From Nitrosopumilaceae archaeon (lineage in GTDB: Archaea; Thermoproteota; Nitrososphaeria; Nitrososphaerales; Nitrosopumilaceae): a DNA stretch of 64,000 bases. Positions 43,038 through 53,940 of this stretch are shown here, piece by piece. Numbering within the stretch: the first letter of the stretch is position 1; the number at the start of each line of letters is the position of its first letter. The stretch lies in assembly GCA_965208905.1 (NCBI GenBank), contig OZ242365.1, positions 1,408,001-1,472,000 on the forward strand, written 5' to 3'. The notes beneath the pieces are model-generated. The model ran no database searches, was not told the DNA's origin, and was given only the letters and a program-made list of their open reading frames with translations. The position numbers and the translations under genes were made by a program.

Positions 43038-45553
43038 TGCAATATATCTTGCGCAGCTTGCCGACGAAAGTTCGAGTACATCTTGGTCAAATCCAATAGG
43101 TGTCTAACTGACCTATTTATACTGTCTATGCCTCTCTGCTTGAAGAATGTATCCATCTCTTTGTATTCGGAGCCATCCGTAGCCAACGCAAGACCAGACA
43201 CAATTCGTCCCAGCAGTCCGCTTTCAATGCCTACCTTTGAGCTCACCGCGTCCCAATTGTCGCGAAGCCACGGCCACAACAAGCCTCGACTGTTTGGGTT
43301 GGATGCTGTATGTATGATAAAACTATGAACGTTTTGTGGTCGAACCTTATTGCTTATGGAAAAGTCTAATGTGCGCCTTAGTATGTCTGGCGTGTTAAAT
43401 TCACACAACCCCACGACTATACGCATCTGCTCTTCTGCAGAGTCTGTATTTGTAAACAGTCTTGATAGTTTTGAGTGTATGCGGATATTACCATGACGGG
43501 CCACGGCTGCAAACATGGGATTTCGTATGTCGGGATGAACCGTGTTTGGATCATCAACATATGCATCAAACATGTCAGCGGTCTTGGTAGATATCTCTCT
43601 GTCCAGACGCCCCATGGACATTATGGCCATTGTTCGCAGAAACGAATCTGTATGGGGCTCGTTTTGCAGAGGCTTCCAGCCAAGCCAGCCCAGCATACCC
43701 TCAAATATTGGAGTGGATACATCATGTATCTTTTTACTCCAATCTTGCATATGTGACATCTTCAAAAGCAGTGATAGGTTTTCGCCAACATTTATCAGCG
43801 GCATATATTGCCTTTCGTCAGTATATGCGTCCACCAAGTCTAGGTAGTCCAATATGCTGGCCTTACCAACCATGCACATTGCAAAGAGATCATTTTGTAT
43901 GGACCAACGATCCATGCTGACTATTGTCTTCCTCCGAATCGACTTTTTGATATTAGCAAGAACATCTCCCTGATACAATACACGATAAAAGCCCATACGT
44001 TTGGGATTCACGATAAATTTGCCTGACAGTTTTATCTCTCCTGTCTCTGCCTCCATCAGGAAGCGCTTGTTGGTGTATTTGCTTTTAATTATAATTGGTA
44101 TGGGCCATGTATCAGGTTTGGTTGACTGTTTATGCGCCCGGAATGGATGTTGAGTAAGTTTGACTATACCTTGCTCCTGGGTTACGTGTACCATCGGGAA
44201 ACCACTGATATTCAGCCATGGCTCCATTATTTTACGTACCGATACATCTGTAATGTCTCTCTGCGCTCGTTTAGAAATTCCACCCTTTATGGAATTTTGT
44301 ACTGATCTGTCAATCGAGTCCCATAGGTCAAGACCAGTGGCATTTTGAAACTGAAAGTCTCTGATGTATAACCTCAATCCGTCTCTGAATGGTATTTTTC
44401 CCACGTAATCTTCTATCATGCGCAACAGGCTGCCGCCTTTTTCATATGAGATTGCATCAAAGATCTCTCGAATCTGCGCTGGAGACCTCACCTTTACATC
44501 TATGGGATGGGTGGATGGCAAAGAGTCCATCTCCATTGCAGTTTTTGATGAACTATTAACAAACTGATCCCATAGATTCCAGGTTGGGTACAACCAATCC
44601 AGGGCTTTTGTAGCCATAAACGTCGCAAAACTCTCATTTAACCACAAGTCATTCCACCACTTCATTGTGACTAGATTGCCAAACCACTGATGGGCTAGTT
44701 CGTGCGAGACTACCTCTGCCACTAACTGTTTTGTGCTACTTGAGGAGTTCGCCTCATCGTATAACAAGAGATTCTCCCTAAATGTCATAGCTCCCCAGTT
44801 CTCCATTGCTCCAGAACCAAAGTCTGGTAGAGCTATCAGATCTAATTTTGGTAACTGGTAAAATTTTGCAAAGTACTGCTCATATAACGGTATGAGTCTC
44901 TCTGTCAACTCTAGAGCAAATTTACCATGTTCTGACTTTCCAGCAGTCGTCACTACGCGGACTCTACCGTTGCCATTCAAATACTCGAACTCACCGACTC
45001 CCAGATATACTAGATATGTGGACATCTTTGGAGTCGTCTCAAAGACAAACATCTGACCATTACTCGAATCGTCTGTGTACTTAACAGGCATATTTGAGAT
45101 GGCAGTCATACCTTTTGGCGCAAATATAGATATGTCAAATGTGGCTTTGAGGTCTGGTCTATCAAAACATGGAAAGGCGCGCCGGGCATCGGCAGCCTCA
45201 AACTGCGATGTCGCCAAATACTTTGTTTTGTTGCCAACCTTGTATGAACCCTTATAAAATCCGATTAACTTGTCGTTCAATACCCCCTTATACTTGATGG
45301 TCAGTGTACAGCCATCATTGATTGTATGGTGCGTATTTATCACCATCTGACCATCATTTATGGCATATGTGGGTTGAACCTCTATGCCATCTATATTGCA
45401 TGAACACGATTCGATAGTTATGTCCTCAATGTCCAGCCTTATAGTATATGTGGGTTGAATACAGGTGATGGTTATCTCGGCCACACCATCAAATACAAAA
45501 TTTTTAAAGTCTGGAATGAACTCCAACTTGTAATTTTGCGGTATCGTCTTCAA
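43034..45553 (-). CDS. M1-family zinc aminopeptidase
   Basis: GAMENWG, HELAHQW...LWLNESFA, AISYEKG. Confidence 0.96.
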   Translation of the reverse strand: MKTIPQNYKLEFIPDFKNFVFDGVAEITITCIQPTYTIRLDIEDITIESCSCNIDGIEVQPTYAINDGQMVINTHHTINDGCTLTIKYKGVLNDKLIGFYKGSYKVGNKTKYLATSQFEAADARRAFPCFDRPDLKATFDISIFAPKGMTAISNMPVKYTDDSSNGQMFVFETTPKMSTYLVYLGVGEFEYLNGNGRVRVVTTAGKSEHGKFALELTERLIPLYEQYFAKFYQLPKLDLIALPDFGSGAMENWGAMTFRENLLLYDEANSSSSTKQLVAEVVSHELAHQWFGNLVTMKWWNDLWLNESFATFMATKALDWLYPTWNLWDQFVNSSSKTAMEMDSLPSTHPIDVKVRSPAQIREIFDAISYEKGGSLLRMIEDYVGKIPFRDGLRLYIRDFQFQNATGLDLWDSIDRSVQNSIKGGISKRAQRDITDVSVRKIMEPWLNISGFPMVHVTQEQGIVKLTQHPFRAHKQSTKPDTWPIPIIIKSKYTNKRFLMEAETGEIKLSGKFIVNPKRMGFYRVLYQGDVLANIKKSIRRKTIVSMDRWSIQNDLFAMCMVGKASILDYLDLVDAYTDERQYMPLINVGENLSLLLKMSHMQDWSKKIHDVSTPIFEGMLGWLGWKPLQNEPHTDSFLRTMAIMSMGRLDREISTKTADMFDAYVDDPNTVHPDIRNPMFAAVARHGNIRIHSKLSRLFTNTDSAEEQMRIVVGLCEFNTPDILRRTLDFSISNKVRPQNVHSFIIHTASNPNSRGLLWPWLRDNWDAVSSKVGIESGLLGRIVSGLALATDGSEYKEMDTFFKQRGIDSINRSVRHLLDLTKMYSNFRRQAAQDILH

Positions 45554-45691
45554 GTATGATTCAGGTTATTGTTGACATGTATTTATTCATATTGTTAATG
45601 ATCAACTTTGAAAAAATAAACTAACTGAATTTATGATGTCTTTGGCCCACAAATCGTAACTAATTTAGGCATGATGTGTGGTATGTATGAT

Positions 45692-46960
45692 ATGGTTTTT
45701 GGTTGGGGGAGGAAGAAACCTCCGGAGGCACCACAAGTACATGCCATACAGTTGGATGAGGCTATCGAGATTGTAAAGAAGACGCATCGCATGCGTGCCG
45801 AACGTACAATAACTGAAGCAGGTAATCTGGTGCACAGGACAAACACGCTGATTCGTGAACTAGTTCAAATACGTAAAGATCTAGAAAAAGATGATCTGAA
45901 AGAGGAGGAAATAGATGCAAGGGTAAAGCCTCTTGTTATAAAGGGCAAGAAGATGCTGATGGATGCTCTCCGTATGAATGCGGTGGAGATAAGACCCATA
46001 CATAACTATGAAGATATGGTTAGGGCCAATGAGGAGTTAGAGCACCGCCTCAAACGGATGGGGAACATCTTGGGAAAACAGACACGAATAATACACATAT
46101 TTGCAGAAAAGTATGCCGTTCGACTCAAGCAGATATTAGAAGAGGTAGAAGAGAATAGAAAACAGGTGTTATCTGCCACCACATGGCATAAGAATGATAC
46201 AGAGCTAGCCGAGACTGTGACCGGAGGCATAGAGGACGTACACAACATGGAGGCACTCATTAAGGACAATGAACAAAAGCTTAGCAACTCCGAACAAGAG
46301 CGCATAGATATAGAGTCTGGCATAGAGAGTACGCAATCAAATATAGCACAATTCAAAGAGTCGTCTGAGTATAATGACTGGCTGACACACCGCAGCTCAT
46401 TGGAGCAGTGCAAACGCAATAGGTTGGAACTCAAGACCGATATATCAACACAATTTACAAAGATATCCCGTCCACTGGGACGATACTCGCGCATCTCTGC
46501 AGATAAGGAGCAGTCTGCATTACTAAAAAAGATGATAGATGATCCGTACGATACGATATGGTCAGCAGAAGGCAAAAGTGTCTTTACACTACTAGAGGGT
46601 GTACGCAAGGCTACATCGTCCGGTTCAATATCTGTCAAGGATGTTGGCAAGGCTTTGGATGCAATAACGCAGACACAAGAAGCTGTAATCCAATTTATAG
46701 AAAAGATAAACGATATAGAGACAGAGATTCAAAAGACCATTAAAGCTATCGATGAGACCAAACCCACTAAACTATATCTCCTAGAAGAGGAGGTACACAA
46801 TCTTGAAGGAACACAAGAGCTGACACACAAAAAGATAAAAGATATACACAGTTCTACTGAAAAAACAAAAAAGGCCATTCCTCTTGAGATAAAAAAGATA
46901 CACAATGCACTAGAGGCTATTACGGGTACTCGATACGATATAAAATATACGACACTATGA
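45692..46960 (+). CDS. Coiled-coil hypothetical protein
   Basis: Long helical/coiled-coil ORF beginning MVFGWGRKK; QFTKISRPL motif. Confidence 0.75.
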   Translation: MVFGWGRKKPPEAPQVHAIQLDEAIEIVKKTHRMRAERTITEAGNLVHRTNTLIRELVQIRKDLEKDDLKEEEIDARVKPLVIKGKKMLMDALRMNAVEIRPIHNYEDMVRANEELEHRLKRMGNILGKQTRIIHIFAEKYAVRLKQILEEVEENRKQVLSATTWHKNDTELAETVTGGIEDVHNMEALIKDNEQKLSNSEQERIDIESGIESTQSNIAQFKESSEYNDWLTHRSSLEQCKRNRLELKTDISTQFTKISRPLGRYSRISADKEQSALLKKMIDDPYDTIWSAEGKSVFTLLEGVRKATSSGSISVKDVGKALDAITQTQEAVIQFIEKINDIETEIQKTIKAIDETKPTKLYLLEEEVHNLEGTQELTHKKIKDIHSSTEKTKKAIPLEIKKIHNALEAITGTRYDIKYTTL

Positions 46961-47263
46961 GAGAGAATTACATAAAGTTAACATTGTCCTAACGTATATG
47001 TCGGCCTTGTCGCCACCATCCAATTTTTCGGTAGTGATCAAATCTTCCTCCACATGTTGTATGGCATGATTCTCAATCCTCGCCATACCACATCGCTCCA
47101 TGCCTGCACACCGAATATTGAACGGAGCTGACCCTGTCCTCGGCGCCTGCAAACAATGACTGCGTGTTTACAAGCACATCCATGGGAAGCATTGAGCGGC
47201 CAGTTCCACCAAAATGTTCACCGCGGTTGCCTAGCAGTCCGTACCGTCTGGTATGTAATTTCC

Positions 47264-48902
47264 GGGAATTATATACAAAAGTACAGCAGTCTTAACCGCC
47301 TACTTTTCGTTGGCTTTCACCATTCAGGGTGCGTGTGTTTGGCATGCGCTTTGGAAGCGCGGTCTTGACTACCTGCCAGTCTCCTACAACCGGTGGTGGC
47401 GTGCGGTTGCGTAGGCTTATTCGGTCCCTCAAGTCCGTCCCGGACTTGATGCATAAACGACTTGCCTTTTGGGCGCGTCTTGAGTTTGGTTTTATGTAAT
47501 CATAATTGTTGTTATAGTTGTTGTCTGGACTGTACATGATGTTGAATGCGCCGTTATAGTCGGCATGACATACAGTGCCGCAGTTCCGACACTTGAACTT
47601 TCTATCATGGTTCCACCTCTCATGTACAATTTCATTATTGTGCCAAATCTTGAATCCACCGTAGCGTTCGGTGTCCTTACTACAACATGCGCCACACCGT
47701 TTGGACGTATTGTAGGGTTTAACCTCTCTGATTTCCGTATTATGCTCAGGGGCTTTCTTTGTACACCAATCACGGACTTCACCGGCCTTACTCTCTTTTA
47801 GTGTGCGGTTCTTGCCTTTGGCGCAGTTGCCCCCCTTGCGGGTAAGATTCACCAAGTTGAGGTTCTCAAATTTTACCAAATCGCAGTCCACGCACAGTTC
47901 CTTGCAAAAGTGTCTGTACTTATTCAACTGCCAGTTGTATAGCGTTTTGCGCTGCCGTTTCATGCTGTCATTTATCTTATTCCATCTGTTGCTGTTATGT
48001 GTACATCTGTCACGTTCGGACTGGAGTTTTCTAATGTGCTTGCCTATTTCATCATTGTACAATTTAAGAAGGCGTGTAGTACCGTCCGACAGTGCCACAT
48101 ATGCTGTCAACTTGCCTATGTCAACACCCGCCGTCAACCCTGTTATCTTCCTGTCCGGGATGTACTTTTGTATTGTAAGGTGTAACTCAAACTGGCGGTG
48201 ACCGCGCCGTCTATCCGCATCACTCGTTATGTCAACAATCTTGTGTGACACTACGGTTTTGATGTTGGGTAGCCGCCCCTTCGTGATGCTGAACTGTGTG
48301 TCTGACTTGGGAAATGTGACCGTGTTGTGTTTGATTCGCTTTGGTGCACCAAGGAAGAATATCGGATATGTTTTACCGTCTTTGAGATGCGTACAGTCCT
48401 TCATTTCAATACCTGCCAGGATTGCACCGCGAATTAAGTGTAGTGGTGCGCATTCCTTGGGGTCGGTATTATCCCATTCTGCCATCATGCTTTTGGCAAC
48501 CGTAACGCATGTCAATGCGCTTCGGGGATACGGACTAGGACTACTGCTGGCAGTGAACTGCACGTTCAAGTTACGACACATAACACCTAGTTCAACCCAC
48601 ATACGGCTTTCGGCCTCCAGACTTTCAACATATGAGGTGATTATACTATTTGTCTTTAGGCGGTATTTGCGGGTTCTATAGATTATACTCTTCTTGGTCT
48701 GCATATCACATATTATGATATTTCAGATATAAAGTTACATACCTCATATTTACTATATGATATGTATAGTACAGTCCCGACCACATGCCAGTCTGTCAAA
48801 TTACGGCGCTGTTATACGGCATGCCAAACACACGCACCCTGAATGGCGAAAACCAACGAAAAATAGGCGGTTAAGCCTACTGTACTTTTGTAAGTAATTC
48901 CC
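47264..48902. mobile_element. TnpB element flanked by 84-bp imperfect inverted repeats (47264-47347 / 48819-48902)
   Basis: 77/84 identity by eye; both copies terminate in ...TAATTCCC. Confidence 0.75.
47292..48704 (-). CDS. tnpB: TnpB-like RNA-guided endonuclease
   Basis: RuvC-I GVDIG, RuvC-II FENL, Zn finger TSKRCGAC...FKCRNCG, RuvC-III HADYNGAFNI; no transposase adjacent. Confidence 0.85.
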   Translation of the reverse strand: MQTKKSIIYRTRKYRLKTNSIITSYVESLEAESRMWVELGVMCRNLNVQFTASSSPSPYPRSALTCVTVAKSMMAEWDNTDPKECAPLHLIRGAILAGIEMKDCTHLKDGKTYPIFFLGAPKRIKHNTVTFPKSDTQFSITKGRLPNIKTVVSHKIVDITSDADRRRGHRQFELHLTIQKYIPDRKITGLTAGVDIGKLTAYVALSDGTTRLLKLYNDEIGKHIRKLQSERDRCTHNSNRWNKINDSMKRQRKTLYNWQLNKYRHFCKELCVDCDLVKFENLNLVNLTRKGGNCAKGKNRTLKESKAGEVRDWCTKKAPEHNTEIREVKPYNTSKRCGACCSKDTERYGGFKIWHNNEIVHERWNHDRKFKCRNCGTVCHADYNGAFNIMYSPDNNYNNNYDYIKPNSRRAQKASRLCIKSGTDLRDRISLRNRTPPPVVGDWQVVKTALPKRMPNTRTLNGESQRKVGG

Positions 48903-49120
48903 TATGTGGTCTGGCCAGCATATCGGCGAAATGAATAGAGAATTTGTATATTTATATGTGAGATTATGCCATTAGCATTATGAAGAAATTTAAGCATACA
49001 AATGATGAGTTGGAACAAGCAAGGCTTGAGGCCAAGGGCGGCGATGACCCCACTGTACGGCAAGGCCAAAAGAAGAGTAAATATGGCCAAAGTATAATAG
49101 AATTTTAACTTTTTTCATTA

Positions 49121-49393
49121 TTATTTAAATGGGTCCAGCTGAATGCGATCGTCTGGGTCTGCGCGGATACAGTCGGTACCAACAGGATGTAGTTTTACAA
49201 ATTTTATCACACCCTTTGGTATTTTGTTATGTAGTTGTAAGTATGTGACCTTTTTGGAGACATCATCTCTATGTGTAGCACATGTCACCCCCACCATGTA
49301 TTCATCATTATCACTTGTTACAGATACCACAAACTCGGGCGGGTTGGAGCACCGCCGCTTGTTATGTATGATGGCGCATCTATCGGGAAGCAT
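49121..49393 (-). CDS. Hypothetical protein (Cys-containing)
   Basis: MLPDRC...CSNPPEFVV...EYMVGVTC..H...VGTDC. Confidence 0.7.
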   Translation of the reverse strand: MLPDRCAIIHNKRRCSNPPEFVVSVTSDNDEYMVGVTCATHRDDVSKKVTYLQLHNKIPKGVIKFVKLHPVGTDCIRADPDDRIQLDPFK

Positions 49394-49438
49394 CTCACTA
49401 TTACACATAATACTACAAGATATATCAATATGCATTTG

Positions 49439-50734
49439 ATGAGAGAGTACGATATAGTAATCATTGGTGGCGGCATACTGGGGGTATCCATATCGTACTT
49501 TCTGGCATCTCTAAGTCCGGATGCAGATATTGTAGTGATAGAAAGAGAGAAGGGTGTAGCGTACCATGCCAGTGGTAGAAATACAGGCAAGGTTCATGCC
49601 CCGTACAGATACGAACCAGATAAAAACAGACTCTCGGCCAAGTCGGCCCTACTGGGATATGATATGTGGGAGAAGTATGCAGGTATAAAGGGACTGCCCT
49701 TTAAAAAAGACGGAGTTGCAGAGGTCGCACTAGACAGTGCGCAGGTCCACACATTGGAGAGATATCAAAAGTGGGGTCTGCAGAATGGTTTGAGTGATGA
49801 GGATATACGAGTGGTCGATGGCGTATCGTTTCATAAAGATGAGCCCAATGTGCAGTGTGTCGCTGCCTTGATATGCGACAAGGACGCATCGGTGGACTAT
49901 CGTGTACTGACACAGAGTCTGGCAGATGATGCAGCATCATGCGGCATAAAATTTCTGTATGGAGAGCCATCGACTGTAAACACAAAGAACGGATACAATA
50001 TAGTATCATTGAGTGATGCCACGCCAATACGGGCAAATCTTTTGATAAATGCCGGTGGCGGAGAGGCAGTAGATATAGCACATAGTATGAATGTCGGTCA
50101 AGAGTATACTGATATTCACTTTCGAGGAGAGTACTGGCAAGCCCCAAAGAGATATCACAGATTAACCAGTAAAAGCATCTATTCGGTTCCACAGAATATA
50201 CAATATCCTTTCTTGGACCCCCACTGGATACTGCGATACGATGGTACCTGCGAGGTTGGCCCCAACGCCGTCTTGGTCTTTAGTCCATACGGGTATGACA
50301 CAAAAGAGAATATACTAAATATACTGCCAAAGACGCGTGAGATTTTAGAGTCGGGCGCCCACAAAATTCTACTGGATAGCCAGTTCCGCAACTTGGTAGT
50401 CAACGAGGCATGGTCGTCCATATCAAAGCACGCCATGATAAATCGTGTAAAGAGGTTCCTACCAGCATTGGATGCAGGACTCTTTAAGAGTCGCGGTACG
50501 GCCGGTATAAGATCAAGTGTAATAAACCAGAATGGTCGCTTTGTTACAGGTCCCATAATACTATACGAGAATAGCTCGGTGCATGTATTAAATTACAACT
50601 CACCTGGAGCCACCGGCGCTCTGCCCTTTGCCGCACATCTGATAAATGGTATGAATGAGCAGGGAATGTATAATATAAAACAACAGGATGCAACCTGTGG
50701 GCCTTGGAGATTCTCAGATATTATTACTGTGTGA
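49439..50734 (+). CDS. FAD-dependent oxidoreductase, L-2-hydroxyglutarate oxidase family
   Basis: IIGGGILG, HASGRNTG, FRGEY, YPFLDPH, GPNAV, SPGAT. Confidence 0.88.
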   Translation: MREYDIVIIGGGILGVSISYFLASLSPDADIVVIEREKGVAYHASGRNTGKVHAPYRYEPDKNRLSAKSALLGYDMWEKYAGIKGLPFKKDGVAEVALDSAQVHTLERYQKWGLQNGLSDEDIRVVDGVSFHKDEPNVQCVAALICDKDASVDYRVLTQSLADDAASCGIKFLYGEPSTVNTKNGYNIVSLSDATPIRANLLINAGGGEAVDIAHSMNVGQEYTDIHFRGEYWQAPKRYHRLTSKSIYSVPQNIQYPFLDPHWILRYDGTCEVGPNAVLVFSPYGYDTKENILNILPKTREILESGAHKILLDSQFRNLVVNEAWSSISKHAMINRVKRFLPALDAGLFKSRGTAGIRSSVINQNGRFVTGPIILYENSSVHVLNYNSPGATGALPFAAHLINGMNEQGMYNIKQQDATCGPWRFSDIITV

Positions 50735-51425
50735 TCGTCTCATCATCCAAGACTAAACTCTCCTGAGTAGATTTTGACTCTGTATATTGTGTGTTTAGTA
50801 TCTTTTTTATGCGTTCAGCGCGGGACTTGCCCAGTCCAGGAACCTTGCTCAAATCTGGCAGCGGCGCACTCAGGGCTGCCGAAGGGGTGCCGAAGCGCTC
50901 CAAGATTCTAATGGCCAGTTTCTCTCCGATTCCCGGCAGGCTGCTCAGTATGACTAGCTGTTGTTGTTCTAGGTCTTTGCGTTTTCGAATCTTTTTTAGG
51001 TATGGTCCTGATGATCTGTTCTTGCGCGCTGCCATTGCCACCAGCAAGCGAGCCGTATGATCAGCGTCGGGTGTGGGCATTATAGATATGTGAAAGTCAA
51101 AGGCCACCCTTATCAAGGCTCCATAGAATATTAGGGGATTCTCGACTATATTGGTCAGCTCATCAGTGTTGCCCTCCACCACCAGTATGGGCCGCTCAAA
51201 GTTCTCTTTGAGACGGGAGCATTGATCAAACAGTCTGCCATCAAAGACCGACGAGATCAGGTCATGTATGCTCTTACGCTCCACGACAGTCTCATTTGAT
51301 ACTATGTAATCTCCAATTTGCAGGGTCTTGATCTCCAGGCTTATACCTGCTTTCTTTAAAAGATTAGGGATTCCAGATTTGCGTTCCCGATCATCGGCAA
51401 TTATACGTAAATCTTTAAGCGACAA
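50724..51425 (-). CDS. xpf: ERCC4/XPF structure-specific endonuclease (short form)
   Basis: DDRE, GDY, VERKS..D, tandem HhH (LPGIG, VPGLG). Confidence 0.92.
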   Translation of the reverse strand: MSLKDLRIIADDRERKSGIPNLLKKAGISLEIKTLQIGDYIVSNETVVERKSIHDLISSVFDGRLFDQCSRLKENFERPILVVEGNTDELTNIVENPLIFYGALIRVAFDFHISIMPTPDADHTARLLVAMAARKNRSSGPYLKKIRKRKDLEQQQLVILSSLPGIGEKLAIRILERFGTPSAALSAPLPDLSKVPGLGKSRAERIKKILNTQYTESKSTQESLVLDDETITQ

Positions 51426-51791
51426 TCAGGATCCCGGTTTCATGGCGCCACCATGTATGGCTTGGTTGAGACTAGCTCCTTGTTCACGAATTGTCTTTTC
51501 AATCTTTTCTTTATGTTTAGTTAATACGGCAATCTGTGTCTTTGATAGTTCCTGTTGCTCTTTGAGATGTTCGGTCATTGTGGCTTTATCCGACTCTACC
51601 AATATGGAGCCTGCCTCTTTGTAGATAGCCTTGTCATCTGGTGTCTTTTCTAGTGTTTCAAGTGCATTTTTGGTGGTTTGAACATCAAGTTCTAGTTGTT
51701 GTAGTTGTGCCTGTACATTCTCTAGGTTAATTTGGGATTTTTGGTAGGCTTTTACCTTCTCCTCCAACCATGGCGGTATTGTTTGTGACAT
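51426..51791 (-). CDS. pfdB: Prefoldin beta subunit
   Basis: Coiled coil with central IYKEAGSILV hairpin; exosome-operon context. Confidence 0.9.
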   Translation of the reverse strand: MSQTIPPWLEEKVKAYQKSQINLENVQAQLQQLELDVQTTKNALETLEKTPDDKAIYKEAGSILVESDKATMTEHLKEQQELSKTQIAVLTKHKEKIEKTIREQGASLNQAIHGGAMKPGS

Positions 51792-52692
51792 TACAGATTG
51801 TATAATGTCATGCCATTATAAGCTATCCCCCACAAGAACAGCAAGTGTTCCGCATAACCTCAACTTTCTAGGCATATACTTACTCAAAGATACTCCTCTG
51901 GCACATCTGATGAATGTTTTCAAACAATTTAACAAAGTCAGATTTGTGTATATGGTCATCGACAGGTACATACTTTATGTCATCTGGAATGCTTTGATCT
52001 CTTTCTACAATGATTATTTTGTTTTTTTACGTACGTAATCTAGTTCTTAACGTATGACATCCGATTGGATTTACTTGGCCGTTCATATAATAATTAATTC
52101 TGCCATTTAAAATTAACAAATAAAGCCGGGATTTATGCATATTCGAGACTTGTTATGCCGTAATGATAATACTATGAAAAACCATCAGATAATAAAAAAT
52201 CTTGCTGCAGATGCCAAAGATGGTATAATTATCTAGACCATAACGAGGGTTCTTCAAGATACATTTGTTGCGATAAATAATCGACATCATATACAAAATG
52301 GACATACAAGTATCCGACGTTCCCCATTAAACTTGATTGATAATGGTTATGTGTATAAAAAATGATATTTTTTTGTCCAGAACAGCGTGTAGTATGTTGC
52401 GCATGACTTTATGCCAGAGCTGTCCAGACTCGGAAAAATCGTTTGTGTGTGTTTTAGAATTTCTGTTGGATTTGACGGGCAAAATTGTATTCGGTGTTGT
52501 ATACACAAAACATTTTGGATTTATGGTGTTTTTGTTCAGAGTGTAAATTTATTACCTAAAATTTTGAATTTTATGCAATAATATTTTATTTAACATACAA
52601 TTTCGGTAATGCGAAATGGTGGTACATTTACGTAGACTGACAATATCAGGCATTATCTGTGCTGTCATATTAGTACAATTTTTGTATTAAAA

Positions 52693-52941
52693 TTAATTTT
52701 CTTCATTAGTGCTCAACGTGTCATGCGCAGCTTGGACCAATCGAAGTACAGAGTTGATACCTGCGCGCATATGGGCCAGACGTTTAGCCGTTACGGTGAT
52801 TTTTATGGAGCCATCATTATATGAAATATCGATACTATCGGGGCCATCATAGTATTCATTATCCACAAGAATTGACTCGTATACGGATTTTGTATATGGA
52901 CCTGCATCTATTACAATATCAGTCTTATACTTTGATGTCAT
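52693..52941 (-). CDS. KEOPS complex subunit Pcc1
   Basis: C-terminal RAGINSVLRL; follows L37ae. Confidence 0.75.
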   Translation of the reverse strand: MTSKYKTDIVIDAGPYTKSVYESILVDNEYYDGPDSIDISYNDGSIKITVTAKRLAHMRAGINSVLRLVQAAHDTLSTNEEN

Positions 52942-53134
52942 ATGCCATGCCGGCTACCTTGTGTGGGCACTTTTTACAGGACCATATTCCCACGGCAATC
53001 CGACGAAAGTTTTTAGAACCGCAGTCCGGGCAGACCCTCTTTTTCTTGAGTGTAAAGTGCACTTTGGTGTACTGCTTTCGAGGCTTGATACCATATCTAG
53101 CGCCCAGGCCTTTTAGTGACTTTTTCTTCTTCAT
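52925..53134 (-). CDS. rpl37ae: 50S ribosomal protein L37ae
   Basis: GARYG, CPDCG...GIWSCKKC, VAG.AY. Confidence 0.93.
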   Translation of the reverse strand: MKKKKSLKGLGARYGIKPRKQYTKVHFTLKKKRVCPDCGSKNFRRIAVGIWSCKKCPHKVAGMAYDIKV

Positions 53135-53940
53135 TTTGGAACCACCGCCTGCAGTATGTCACGTATTTTATTGGAAGAGTTTATTGCTATCTCACCACAG
53201 GTGGCCAGCTCATCCACAGTAAAGCCGCCCTTGCCTCCCTTTTGGAGGGCGCAGATATTTCCCTCAGAGTTTGTGGTAATTGTGATGCGCGCATCCATGC
53301 AGTCCCACTCATCCGAGTTGGGGTCAGCAATGATGTGACTGCCAATCTTTGCCATTGTTACAGATACAGGTAGTGTAGTGGTAGGTAGTGGTTCCAGACC
53401 TTCTTGTAGTTCAGGCCCGTTATCGCCATACTCCCAGCGAGGCATTTGAGCCGTAAGTATGGCAGATGTGGCAGCATACGAGCAGGCATCAAATAGGTTG
53501 CCATCATAATCTAGTACCACATTATCTGCAAATACCCCCACAACAGACTCATCCTTCTTTATGACCAATTGTGTTAGGTCTATCATGTGGCTCTCTCGGA
53601 TACCCCTATCAACTACCCTAGCCAACTCAATAACAGATTCGTTGGGTGGGCCAGTCTCCACTGTTGGATGCGACAATGGAAGTAGTTCTGCAGTGCAGAT
53701 AAAGATGCCCTTCTCACCCACATCCGAGAAAGGACGGTCTGGTTGTATTTTAATGCCACAGATAACTTCAGAGTCGCCCAAACGTACACGCGCAGAGCCA
53801 TTGGCCTTTGGTACAACGCCAGTATCAATTGTTATAGAACGATACTCGTCCAAGGCGCGACCATCTATACGTTTACCCTCTTGCAGTAAATCCATAATAC
53901 GATTACGCTTAAGCTCATCCATCGTAGTGAATACAGTCAT
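53131..53940 (-). CDS. rrp42: Exosome complex subunit Rrp42
   Basis: RIDGR, ETGPP, ELARVVDRGIRES, DYDGNLFDA. Confidence 0.95.
   Translation of the reverse strand: MTVFTTMDELKRNRIMDLLQEGKRIDGRALDEYRSITIDTGVVPKANGSARVRLGDSEVICGIKIQPDRPFSDVGEKGIFICTAELLPLSHPTVETGPPNESVIELARVVDRGIRESHMIDLTQLVIKKDESVVGVFADNVVLDYDGNLFDACSYAATSAILTAQMPRWEYGDNGPELQEGLEPLPTTTLPVSVTMAKIGSHIIADPNSDEWDCMDARITITTNSEGNICALQKGGKGGFTVDELATCGEIAINSSNKIRDILQAVVPK

Noticed and set aside
48980-49108. 42-aa ORF MKKFKHTNDELEQARLEA...
   Set aside because: Plausible small protein but too short to support without a homology search.
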